Shown here: positions 28,271-40,272 of the stretch, one piece after another
How the letters are laid out: each line of letters begins with the position of its first letter
Position numbering within the stretch: position 1 is the first letter of the stretch
NCBI GenBank assembly: GCA_035084275.1
Contig: CM068748.1
Location: 6,324,001 to 6,388,000, forward strand
Source: Hydrolagus colliei
Taxonomy: Eukaryota
Length of the DNA: 64,000 bases
Direction: 5' to 3'
Notes under the pieces: generated by a model
Told to the model about the DNA's origin: nothing
Seen by the model: only the letters and a program-made list of their open reading frames with translations
The model's database searches: none
Program-made: the position numbers and the translations under genes

Positions 28271-28779
28271 ATGTTCCTTTACAGTTGACAGAGTCTATAT
28301 CTGCCTGCTCCAAGCTCTTTTAGAAGACTAAAACATTTTATAATGGGTAGTGTGTCTCTTTTAACAGTAGACTTTTTTTTCAGAAATATTCACAGTATTT
28401 TGTTACTGTTCAAGGCCAGGTTGCCAGGTGCAAATTCAACTTCAATATCTCTGCCTCAGCAAAGCAGTCTACCCTTGTAAGAAAGAAAGATACATCCCAC
28501 AAGACCAGTGTAGCCACATGGATTTCTGGTTGCTTTGAAACACAGAGGCTAAATGTCTCAACTTTGTTTAATTGTACACTGGCAATTGTACAGAGTTTAG
28601 ACCTTGAAAAAGTAAAATGAGGCACAAGTGCAATGAAGTGCAAAATATTTGCTGCTTGAACCATTTTGAAGAAACGCTTTTTGCCATGATGCCCATCAAG
28701 GACCAGCATAATTAATCTTTGAAATCATAGTGGTTTTGACTCCCACACATTCCTGGGGAACAGCCAGGTTTCCATGAGC

Positions 28780-29230
28780 ATGGGAAAATCAATGTGGTGA
28801 TTCAGGATGAGGGTTTGTACAGTGAGAACTTTGATAGAGAGGGAGCGGAAATAGGGGAGAGAGGTTTGGGTGGTGGTGGGGGGTTGTAGATTATGAAGTG
28901 GAAATATGGAGTTTGAAGGAGGAGGAGATGAGGGAAGGCAAGTTTACATTTGGAGGCGGGACAGGCAGGCCTTGCGGAGAGAGTGGCAATGGGTTATTGA
29001 GGATACCGAGGCGGAGCAGAGGGACGACAACAACAACAACAAGATTGTACTTATATAGCGCCGTTCACGTCTGGAGGACGTCCCAAAGCGCTGGCAGAGG
29101 GAGGCAGTGGAATGGACCATTAGAGATAACTGAATGTGTGTAGTAAAGGGTGGGGAGGAGAAGCATTTTGGGAAGGAACAGCTCAGGTCAGTGGGGGCCA
29201 GCCAAACCGCGCACACAGAAACTGAGAGCA
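28780..29230 (-). mobile_element. Degraded L2 fragment(s) with an internal L2 tail
   Basis: (CAA)n plus stem-loop at 29025-29095; purine-rich L2 3' sequence on both sides. Confidence 0.65.
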
Positions 29231-30149
29231 AACTCAGGCATGGAGGAGGCTAGATACTTGTACTACTTTCATGCCTGTGGCCTGACTCTGGCTGTCTTCC
29301 CCTCGCTCTCCATACCTCCTGCTTCAGTTCTCTTCCTGTCATTCTGAAGCAGCGGTAGAGCATGGGAAGGATACTAAATGCATGTTGATTTACTGGACAA
29401 TACCATCCAGAATACTTGAAATATTCTGGCAGCCAATCTGAATGTGATAATCAAAGCGGTACCTATAGTAACGGCACTAACTTTGCAGTCAAATTAAACT
29501 GCTGGAATGCTGAGCTGATATTTGCCTCTCTTTGCAGTATCAATGCATTAGTTACACCCCCGGGGAATTACACAATTATGCAGCCGCATAATTTCTCACA
29601 TAATACATTCCACTACACATAGGCACAGAATATCACATAATATGGCAGAACTCCCTAATATACACCTTATTCTGCCTCTTTTCCCTTTCTTTCCATCTCT
29701 CGCCACGCTGACTCTAGATGCAGTGTGGAGAGCAAAGGGAAGAGAAGCGGAGTCCCAAGTACAAAAATGTACAATGGTCATATAACGTGCTATTAGCTGT
29801 ATAATACAAAATTCATGAAACCTGGCTTCCATATCTTTCTAAAGAGGCTACAATACTGTTATGGTGCAATTAAACTGCAAAAGTTAATGGGTAATTTTGC
29901 ATGATTTTTCATTTTTTGCCCGCATCAATTGCATTTTGCTGTACGTAATTCCCTAGGGTGCAATTAGTGATTTTTTCCTAACCCATGAAACAGGACACTG
30001 GTAACTCCTATATTACAAATACAGTAATGTACTGCTGCTCTTCTGCCCTCCAGTGGGCTCCACTCACCTGCACATCTAATTGAGACTCCTAAAAATGGGG
30101 ACTGTTGGCAAATGAAAAATGAATCTCATGCTCACTTACAGTCCCCCCA

Positions 30150-30340
30150 GGAACCAGGCAAACAGGGCCTCAATTTAATGCCTCATACAAAGAATGGCAC
30201 CTCTGAAAATATAGCGCACACCCCCCCACCCCAGCACTGAATTGGAGTGACACCTAGCTCAAAGTTTCACTTCAGTTACTTGAACCCAAAAGCTTCCTAT
30301 TCAGAGGCAAGAGTGTTTATCAACTGAGCCAAACTGACAC
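30150..30340 (-). mobile_element. Old DeuSINE-like (SacSINE1/AmnSINE1-type) element: tRNA head plus Deu core
   Basis: Head GTGTCAGTTTGGCTCAGTTG...GGGTTCAAG and core GAGGTGCCATTCTTTGTATGAGGCATTAAATTGAGGCCCTG, matched to recalled consensus. Confidence 0.65.
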
Positions 30341-32557
30341 CCAGTCAATAAATGTATGATCTTTTTGATTTTTAGTGAGAATTTATATAAACAGCTGGTA
30401 GAACTTAAAAAAAACCACATTTCTAAGGCCAGTTAATTATCATTACATTCACTTTTATTATGCCAAGTTGTTTTCTCCCATTTAATTATTTCCCATTCAT
30501 CTGATAATCAGACAACTGCACTTCTTTGTTCCTGACCCATAACCTTAGTGCTATGAGAAGGAAAAACTCTGCCGTTGATAGGAGAAAGAAAGGGAAAATT
30601 AGAAAAAATAAGTATGTGAGTAATAATAATAATCCCAGTATGAATATTTAATAAAGGTAAGCACTCTGTAAATGCACCCTTACAACTAAGTGGCTGCTGA
30701 ACCACAAATTTAGCTGAGATGGGAAAACAATGTCAGGGTGAGCTAAGCAAATGTTTCCTTGCCTTACGGCATCATTGTATCACACCCATACCTGAGCAAA
30801 GATGAGATACAACCAGACACACAGAGAAAGTACATCTTCATTAAGGAGATATTTGCGGCACAATTTTTACCCACCATTTGCAGGTGTAAAAGCCTTGCAA
30901 TGGTTTCTTACACGTTCAGCATTTGGGCCATTCAATTGCGAATGTGATTTGGGGGTAAGAAAAATGTAACAGTTCATAAAAGATTCCATGTGATTGGTTG
31001 TCAAATTGGTCTTGTGTCCTTTTCAACCTATAAAATATTCCGAACTCCAGGTGCACCCTTAAGTACAGCTAATTTTGCTGCAATAATTGGTCACAGCACT
31101 GGTATAATGGAAAGATCTTACACCATCTCCTGCAGTGCAACATGAATTCAAAGCCACGACCTAGCTTTTGACATCAAGCCCTTTACACATAATTAAAAGA
31201 GAATTAAATATTAAAATACTTTGCGTTCTTTCAGCATACTAAAGAGTAACCAAACAGTCGTGATACCATTACAATGTCTAGCAAGTCTTAAATAAATTAT
31301 GATTTTTTTTAGATAATATGGTAGCTATCACGACATTTTGGTCAGCCTGTATATCATTATGCAGTGACTGTTAAATACTTGAAGTAGAGTTTGATGCTCT
31401 ATAATTGTCAAAAGAGGCACAACACCTTCATAACATATATAAAATATGTGTGTACCATTATCTGCATTTCAGATTTTGTATCTGATAAATTCAACTTCAT
31501 ATTCATGTAAAAATACATAGGCACCACAGCCATCTTCATATCTAATACAGATAGATTGAATGGAAACAACAGAACCTTCAAATAACAGACTTCAAAAATA
31601 ATTTGCTTGTTGCTGGGTGGATGCTATTTGAAATAACCTAATATAATCATCAAGGCCCACATTATTTGGTTGATTCTATTTCAATCATAAAAATGTACAG
31701 TATGGAAAAAATAAAACTCTATTTCCCATTCATGTTCATGCTATCTCCTGGGGGTACATTCAACACATACACATCTCCCTAGACCCCAACGACAACCAAA
31801 GCTAAAACTGTTGAATATGCATTCAGCCCACATCCCTACTACTCAGGTGTAGACTCTTTACCCCATTCACAACTTGTTCTTCCATTCCCATAGGAGCACA
31901 GAAATCGTGTTCTGGGAGTATTTGTTCAGCTCGGTTTACACTGATCCCTATTTCCTCTAAGATAGTTTTCAAGCAGTTGATCAATGCAGCATAAACAGCT
32001 TTGGCTACAACAACTACAACAAATTACATTTATAGAGCGCCTTTCACGTCGGGAGGACGTCCCAAGGCGCTGAAAGTCTGTCACACTTATCTGTGATGCA
32101 GGAAAATCAAGACAACAATAACATTTATAATCTCATATCTGAACTTTTACTGCAATCATAGGTTGATGAAACACAAGCTAAATGTTTTTTTCCATCAGTC
32201 TGCTACACACAACATGTTGGACCTGTAGACAAGCTATGGCAGCTGTTATCAGTCTGAATTTCTGACAAAACGTATAGAGAAACAAAATCCTTTAGGGCTC
32301 CCTAAAATGGCTATATTGGAATTGCAGTGTGAGAAATCGTACTGAAATTGTTGCTTCATGTTTGTGAGAAGCTTCATATAAGTAACAGCAGCACATAAAC
32401 ATGGCACTTCAAGTACTTGACAGCTTGTCACTGAGCCTCCTGTAAAGAAGAATCATTTACATGATTGTTGGGATGTGTGTGGGTAGAGTAGTTCTTGTTA
32501 ACGCAATAGTGAAAACCAGATGGACAGAAGGCCATAACATTTGATGGCAAATTTTTT

Positions 32558-32900
32558 GGAGTCCTGTAGTTCAGTGGTTAGAGCAGTTTCCTGTCAAGTA
32601 GTAGCCCTGGGCTCAATTTCCAGCAGGAATCATTTACCCAGCATTAAGTAGGAACCCGGTTGTGAGGCAATTCGCAGATTCCTTTTCTGTGGATAATAAT
32701 TCCTTCAAAAAACTAATAATTTGGTCACTCAATCCTTGACTGTTTGTGAGACACTGTTGTGCACAATTGGCTGCCATGTTTCGCCCACAAAATAAACAGT
32801 CAATTCACTTTACAGTATATTCTGTGAAGAGCTTTGAGACATCTTGAAAATGTGATAAGGTGCCATATCAAATACAAAGATTATTATTATTATTGTTATT
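32558..32900 (+). mobile_element. tRNA-derived SINE, variant with TAAGTAGGAACCCGGTTG segment
   Basis: Extra internal segment shared with 38164-38510. Confidence 0.85.
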
Positions 32901-34087
32901 GCAAGGTGGGTACTGGGACGCAGATGAACAGATTGAAATTTGATACAGATAAATACTTTTTAAATCTGAAGTATTTTCATTTTCTGTATTTTCACACTGA
33001 TTTCCCATGTGGAAAAGTGAGGTCACTGAGGTGAGCAACAATGCACGTGCATGAGTTTCATAAGTTTCTGTAAGCTGCTGTTCAAAGTTGAGGTTGTGGG
33101 GAGAGAAATCAGGTATGACAAACTTTAGATTTGTATTAAAATCATTGCTAATCATTTCAGAAGCTGCGTCATTGATTTCCAACTAATTAATATGCTGCCT
33201 GAAGAAACATGAAAAAAAGAGAGTGAAAAAAAGCATATTTGAAGGCTGATACAGTTATGTAAGTAACCAAATCTTTATACCGTGATCTCAAGTTCCAATT
33301 TCTCCCTCTGAAACGCTGATTTTAATCATTCTTCTGGCATTTTGAGGTTATTGATTTTTCCATATATCCATCACATATGTTGAGAGTCAGAATATGTTTT
33401 AGATAATTTTAGGAACTGTGCAGCCATTCTACCCTGTCCCTCCAATAGTGCATTGGGTTTAAATATTAAGCTGGCAATCAATAATTCCACACCACATCAT
33501 TCAATAAACTTGTCTTTCTGTCAGACTGCACTACAAATCTCTATCAATGTGAGTGTGAAGTGCATTCGCCCAATCCACATTCCATTGAGGTAGAAACTAA
33601 GTGTAACCAATAGTGGTTTGTTAGAAACAGTGACATTCATTTTCCTGAACAAATTAGAAATGTGAATTGTCTTATGAGCATTTATATGCTGATTTGAATC
33701 TGCTATTACCACATTAGGTTGGATGGCTAGAAGAGAATAAATACAAACAACACCATGTTAAAGCAGGTATTGTGGACAATCAAGAGATGAAAAATGGTTT
33801 GTTAAGATTTTCAGGAAGGCAGTTCAGGACATTTGCCTTATCAAGGTCAGTGCATTGAAAATTGTTAATTATTCAAACATTTTCTTAGATTGAAGGCATA
33901 GAACCATTGCATCATCAAAGTGGTGTAACTGTTATGATCAGAGGCCTAAGAATAAATTTACAACAATTCACATTTATATACAGCAATTCCTTTCAAAGTC
34001 GGGAGAAAGTCTCAAAGCATTGAGCAAGAAACATGAAGTAGACTGGTAATACATGTAACACATATGTTGTAGCAACAATAACAACAA

Positions 34088-34575
34088 CAAAATTTAATTT
34101 GTATAGCGCCTTTCACATTGGGAGATCTTCTCAAGGCACTGGACAGTCAATGTTTCAGACCCAAGCTGGGGTCAGAATTGGGAAGGGTGGAGGGAAAGGA
34201 GGGGATTTGGGGTGACCAATGGGAACGTTGAAGAGGAGGTCTTGAGATAGGGGAGGCTAGGGAGGGGGCGAGGCAGAGGGATTGCAGGATGGAAATCCAA
34301 ATAGGTTAGGAGCAGAGTGGCTGCCGCTCGCCCGTCAATTGTGGGCCAGGTAGGTCATGGAGCAGGCTGGAGTCCACTGCGCGGCTGTAGCAGGCAGGTT
34401 GACAGGAGGTTAGGAGGTCGCAGAGATATGGTGGGGCAAGGCCCTGGAGGGCTTTGAAGGTGAGGACCAGAATCTAGAATTCAATCCTCTGGGTGATGGG
34501 GAGCCAATGGAGTCAGGTGAGAATGGGAGAAATGGAGTCACAGAGCTTGCTGCAGGAGAGGACACAGGCTGCAGA
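34088..34575 (-). mobile_element. L2 LINE 3' end
   Basis: (CAA)n tail, stem-loop and ORF2 C-terminal sequence. Confidence 0.8.
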
Positions 34576-34715
34576 ATTCTGGATATCAGTCAGACCATAG
34601 CATTTAATACAATTTGAAATACGAGTTATGCATTAGGGTTTGTCTGGCACATTGGAAAATCTAGTACTTTTCCTGATAGATCTTTATAGTAACGATATAA
34701 TAATAATAGTTTCTC

Positions 34716-34960
34716 AATAAGAAGTATTAATAAGAAGAAGGATAAGAATAAGAACAATCCTTGCATTTGATATAGCCACTTGTCACAGCTTTCAGATTTC
34801 ACAAAGAGCTTCACAGAATTATATTGTTTTGTGGGCAAAACGCAGCAGCCAATTGCGTACAGCAGTGTCCCAAAAGCAATCGTGGATTGAGTGACCAAAT
34901 TTTTATAATTCTTACATTTCTTTTGAAGGAATTATTACGCCCAGAAAAGCGATTGACTAA
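34716..34960 (-). mobile_element. SINE 3' two-thirds
   Basis: Tail and body colinear with the full copies. Confidence 0.8.
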
Positions 34961-35567
34961 TCTTTGTGTCTAGCTTGCTTGTGGTCATGATAACGCGTAA
35001 TCAGTGAATTATCAATTGAACACATGGCACAATGGCCCTGTGACGCAGCTCTCAATTTAAAACGCAGAGTTCCAATCTAAAATGTGACTCTACCTTTGTG
35101 TTGGAACTGCACACGAAGAGATACAAAAAATACAATGGGGGAAAAGAAACACTCGATCCAATCAATAAATTGATAGCTGGCATGGAAATCAAGGTAATAA
35201 TCAGAAAAGTAAAGCCTAGTATAAGATCAGAAATTTTAAAGCAAGATTTTTGTGATTTTCTCAGTAAAAAGTTAAAATTTCACAATCGCAATAACAAGAT
35301 GTCCCAGTCATGATAATTTAATTTATTACATTGTTTCAAACTTAGCTGCACTGTACATGCAGTACCTCATCATTGCAGATGGTAGATACAGTTGTAGTGA
35401 TACAAGTTAGGAGATTATGTTTTGGGTGATCAAGAAATCATTACGATTTAGCCAGATATCTGACTTGTAAAATACAAGTAGTCCAAATAAATCAAAGTTG
35501 AACCCTTAAAATCTCAAACAACTTTCAACACACATATTTGCAAACTTAATACAACTTAATGCATTAC

Positions 35568-35684
35568 CGTAAATATCTTGTTTCTATTGTTGAGAGTAGT
35601 TCTCCTCTGACATGCGTATTGAGAAACAGCTGTCACTTTTGAGACCGGTTCAGGGGCTGATTGTTCTGGACAGGTCTTATGTGT
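35568..35684 (-). CDS. DNTT: DNTT exon 3: THKTCPEQSAPEPVSKVTAVSQYACQRRTTLNNRNKIFT
   Basis: Polypyrimidine tract + CCTTAG|, donor ACG|GTAATG, 117 nt; SQYACQRRTTLNN motif. Confidence 0.96.
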
Positions 35685-36989
35685 CTAAGGAAAGAAACAG
35701 AAAAGAATCGACTGAACTGCTCAGGTCAGGTTTGGGTTCATGGATTTCTATCATGTCCGCTGTAACTATCTATTCTCTGTCAAATGAACATACATTCTAT
35801 TGTTACCAGCAAATAATTGTAGGGTTAAGGTTCATTAACTTAACTAATGAGCACTTTTTGCTTGTGCGTTATTGCTCAGTATACCAGTGAAAAGATTTGT
35901 GTAACAATTTCACTTAGCTATTTGTGTTTTAGGCTTTCAGGATTGAAGAGTCACCAAAGTGACTGCATATAAAAGGGTAACAAACTCTAAAATGAGCATC
36001 TCTTATTTTACAAATAATACAAAATGAAATAATTAATAATAACTGATAAATATTTTACAGAGGATTAACAGAGAAGCCCTGGTACGTAGAGCATTAAGTT
36101 ATCGAGATTTTTCAAACAAAATAAATTTCACAATTCCAATCACACAGATGTTTCTTTCCTTTGTTAAAAACATTTCTCAACAAATTGATTATGTATAATG
36201 ATAAAGTCCAAGATGGACAAGAGGAGGAAATGTCCTCTGCATACATATTTCCCCTGTAATTATATGGGTAGCAAATGGGAGCGTGGGTGGGGGGTGGTGA
36301 TAGTAATTTTCTATTCAGTGGTGAGGGAGGAGTGTGGGTTGGGGGAGTTAATGTTCAATTCTAGACAGTATTAAATATTGAATGTATATTCCACAAAGTT
36401 TACTAGTAGACAGATGTCAAACCCTAGGCAATAATTGTGCTTCTTTAAGCCAACGGAAATATGCACTATGTGTTTTTTGTCAGCAAAGTCTCTAACATGT
36501 GCTTAAGATTGTACATCACCATGCTTAAGAGTATCCAAACCAAACTGAGATTTCCGTGCATCCTGCCTACACGTGCAAATCCCAAAGATAGACTGTTGGA
36601 ATGGAAAGTGCACTCTTGCTCCCTGGAGGACTTATCCCGTTTACCCAATTCCAGAAAGTATTAGGCGCAGATATGCAAAGTCAAGGCTTGGGGACTCCAG
36701 AGTGCGCGTTTAACTGCTGGAGTTTAACCAGCTAAAACTGCATAGCTTGCCATTGATACTCCTCTCCCGCTGGTTGTCCAAAGCTGTTAGAACTTTGGCT
36801 TGCAAGGTTAATAATAGTCGCTCTGTAGGATGACCCCCTGACCCCAGTGACTGGTGTGTCCTTCCAGGTCTTGTTGACACTGGCTGTGCTGTCGAGAGCA
36901 ATGCCTTGGAGTACTGCGAACCCACCTAGTTCAGGAACTAGACTACCAAGACTACCACAGAGGGCTGGCTCAACTCCAACATTATGATG

Positions 36990-37142
36990 TATTATAGAAT
37001 AATAGAATTATACAGCACAGAAGGAGGCCATTTGGCTCATCCTTTCTGTGCCTGCTCTTTGAAAAGAGCTGTCCAAATCAATCCCACTCTGCTTTCTTCC
37101 CATAGTCCTGCAAATCTGTCCTCCCCAAATAACTGCTCCATG
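36990..37142 (-). mobile_element. CR1 LINE 3' end
   Basis: Same terminal motif as 10983-11322. Confidence 0.78.
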
Positions 37143-37149
37143 TCTCCTA

Positions 37150-37367
37150 CCAAACCCTCCCTACCATGGGTGGTCGGGACGAGGCTGGTCCGAAGACCCT
37201 CCTTTTTGACCGTGCCTTCAGCTGGCCTCCCACCTCTCTGCCTCCACTCACCCTTACCCCGCCCCTCCGCTATGCTCGGGTCCCGACCCCTGACTGTTCA
37301 GCGCTTTGTGACGTCCTCCCAATATGAAGGGGGCTCTTTAAATATAATTTTGTTGTTATTGTTGTTC
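37150..37367 (+). mobile_element. L2 LINE 3' end
   Basis: CTCGGGTCCCGACCCCTGACTGTTCAGCGC tail shared with the 19866 and 20460 copies. Confidence 0.8.
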
Positions 37368-38163
37368 AACATATTATGCTCACATTTGTATTTTGTATTT
37401 TGTTTTTCAATATGGGGCAAAGTTTTACGGGGATAGCTATCCACAGCTCAGAATGTTGCTTGGTTCAAGTATGCATTTTTCAAAAGTTGGCTGTTTATGT
37501 ATCTTTTGAAAGCGAATAGCCCCTTTGGTGCTATGATTCTACACAGTTTGTAGAATTATTAATCATTCAAGGTTGGACACGGCTAAATAATAGGTATGAA
37601 TGCTTGAGCTTCATGTTTCCATTGTGGGACATACAGGTAGTTTTGCTAGTGATTCAATAATAAATCTGCTGAATTATTGCTCTTGTGATACACAACTCCT
37701 GTAGTGGGATTGTGGTAATTTTCCCGGCAGTAAATTTCAGCCGACAATCAAGCTAGAGCCCAAATAATTAGTTTAATGATCGAGAAAAACAGGAATAGGC
37801 TGTGACCTTTTTATTTAAGTGGAGCAACGTTTTTGCTGTCAGATAGAACTGAAAAACACAAGGGAGTGAGTGCAACCACAAAAATAATGACTTAAAAAGT
37901 CTCAACTAGAGTTGCTTATTTTGGAGATTCTGGGGATGTCAAGAAACATTTTTTGAACGTCAAAACATGGGCTAGAATTGCTGAAATTATTCAAATTATT
38001 AGTGTAGCCTTCCTTAAAAGTCAGACGTACTGAAATGCAGGAAGTGTAAACTAGTCTGAAAAGAGCTGCAAAAAGCTGCCCGCAATAGTCAAGCTAGGAG
38101 TAATACATAGTAACAGTCCTCATCACAGGAATCTTTCTTCTTTTGGAGAAGATACCACAACTT

Positions 38164-38510
38164 GTGAAGTCCTGTAGCTCAATGGTTAGAGCACTCGCCT
38201 CTGGATTCAATTCTTGGCTGGGCAAAATTGGGCAAGTTTCCTTACTCCACACACTTCTGTTTCCCTAGCAGTAAGTAGGAACCCGGTTGTTAGTCGGTTG
38301 ATGGATTGCTTTTCCACGGGTAATAATTCCTTCAAAATAAATAGAAGTAATTTAGTCATTCAGTCCCCAACTGTTTGTGGGACACTGCTGTGCACGATTG
38401 GCTGCTGCGCTTTGCCCCAAAAAGATGTGGTCAATTCGCTTTTGGTATATTCTGTGAAACGCTTTCAGACATCTCGTGATAAGGGGCTATATCAAATGGA
38501 AGGATTATTA
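38164..38510 (+). mobile_element. tRNA-derived SINE, variant subfamily
   Basis: Head, GTAAGTAGGAACCCGGTTG segment, body and tail. Confidence 0.85.
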
Positions 38511-39892
38511 TATCTGAATAGAAACAAGAGGAATTGAGTGTATAACACCAGGAAAGACCATCAGAGTCCATCTGGTGGGTCATAAATTTAATTCTGTTTG
38601 AAGGATCATTCTCCTGCTCAATTACTCAACATTTTGTTTATCTTCTACTCCAACCACTTTTCCTGTCCAACTTGTATGCAACTACAAATCTTGCATCAAT
38701 TATTGCTATTTTAATCGATATGTTACATGCTGCTGTGAGCAGTTGTTTTTAATTGTTTAGACAACTTTTAATTGAATTAAACCATTGACAAGAATTAATA
38801 CTGAAAATTGCAGGGGAAAAATGATACAAGTGGCATTGTTTCCATTTGCAATATATGTCATTAAGATCCTGAGTAACATTAATAATCCTTGCATTTGATG
38901 TAGTGCCTGATCCTGTCACTGAGACGTCTCAAAGCGCTTCACAGAATATACTGTAAAGTAGATCGACTGTGTATTTGTGGGCGACAGGCGGCAGTCGATT
39001 GCACACAGCAGTTGTGGATTAAGTAACTTTAAATCGGCTTGACAGTGAAATTGAACTTACAAGTGCAACCAAATTTCAAAACTAAATCAAGTTATTTAAA
39101 ATGGTAGCTCCATAAAAACAGATCATCTGTACACTGAAGATCCAAGCCTGATTTCTCAACAGCAAATCAAAGAAACACTAGCCAAAGGAATTTTTAGAGG
39201 TTCCATCCCCTCTCATTATGCAATATCAGGCTGTTTACCACTCCCCTTTAATAACATTTTGGAGCTTTACCAATTAAATTCATTGTTTCCAGATTTTATT
39301 ACACCTGCTTAATTTATTCAACTGAAAGGTGATATTTTCTCCGTTGTTTTATTAGATCTTCGCTGTTGTCAGAGAAATCTGTCAGCATATTTTTTCCTAG
39401 TTCCTCCTGCCTGCTTTCCATTACATTCAAAATATGGTATTGGTGTCTTACATTGCAAAGCACCAGATGGTGTGTGCAGTGAGGCAGATTGGAGCTGATA
39501 GAAGTTGTCTGTAATATATTTTTAGCATCATGACAGCTTGCGAGTTACATAAAGATGTCATCTCACTTAATTTTCAGGTGCATTGACTGCAGCAGAAAAA
39601 TAAACAACTTCTTCTCCTGAAATTGCTGATCATACTTCAGATTCTACCTATAGACTATTCTCCATATTGACCCAGAAAGAAAAACATTATATTTTGGTTC
39701 AACTAGTCAGAAGCATCATGCTTCCGTTTTAAGTGAAAACTTGAAAGAAAAACATTTAAAAAGATTGTGTGCTGTAGTTGATTCTCAGCAGGTAACGGGT
39801 TCTTAAATATGTGGGAAGCATTCTACCGAAACATTCTAGGTAAGAGGCAGATCACGAGGCGAGCCAAGAAATCTATGTTTCGCCCACAAATA

Positions 39893-40272
39893 CAACAACA
39901 ACAACAACAAATTACATTTATAGAGCGCCTTTCATGTCAGGAGGACTTCCCAAGGCGCTGCACAGGAGGCGTGTGACCCGAGTTGGGAGGGGAGTGTTTG
40001 GGAAGGGGTGAAACACGAAGGGGAGGTAAAAGAGTTCGGGGTGGAACAAAAGGCACGATCGAAGAGGAAAGTCTTCAAACCGGCCTTGAAAGAGGAAAGG
40101 GAAGAGGCGAAATGGAGGGATTGAGGGATTGCATTCCATAAGGTGGGAGCGGAGAAACTGAAGGCCCGGCCTCCGATGGTGGGGCGGTTCGGGCGGGGGG
40201 CTTGGAGCAGGCCAAGTCCTGTTGAACGGAGGGTCCGGGTGGGCGTGTAGGGGGAGAGTAGATCGGTTAAAT
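39893..40272 (-). mobile_element. L2 LINE 3' end, well preserved
   Basis: ORF track 39932..40291: LTDLLSPYTPTRTLRSTGLGLL...FSFSAPTLWNAIPQSL...FKAGLKTFLFDRAF. Confidence 0.88.

Noticed and set aside
32868-33198. 104-aa ORF and strong - strand acceptor at 33199 as a cryptic DNTT exon
   Set aside because: All three frames from the acceptor reach a stop within about 50 nt, and the ORF runs into a SINE.
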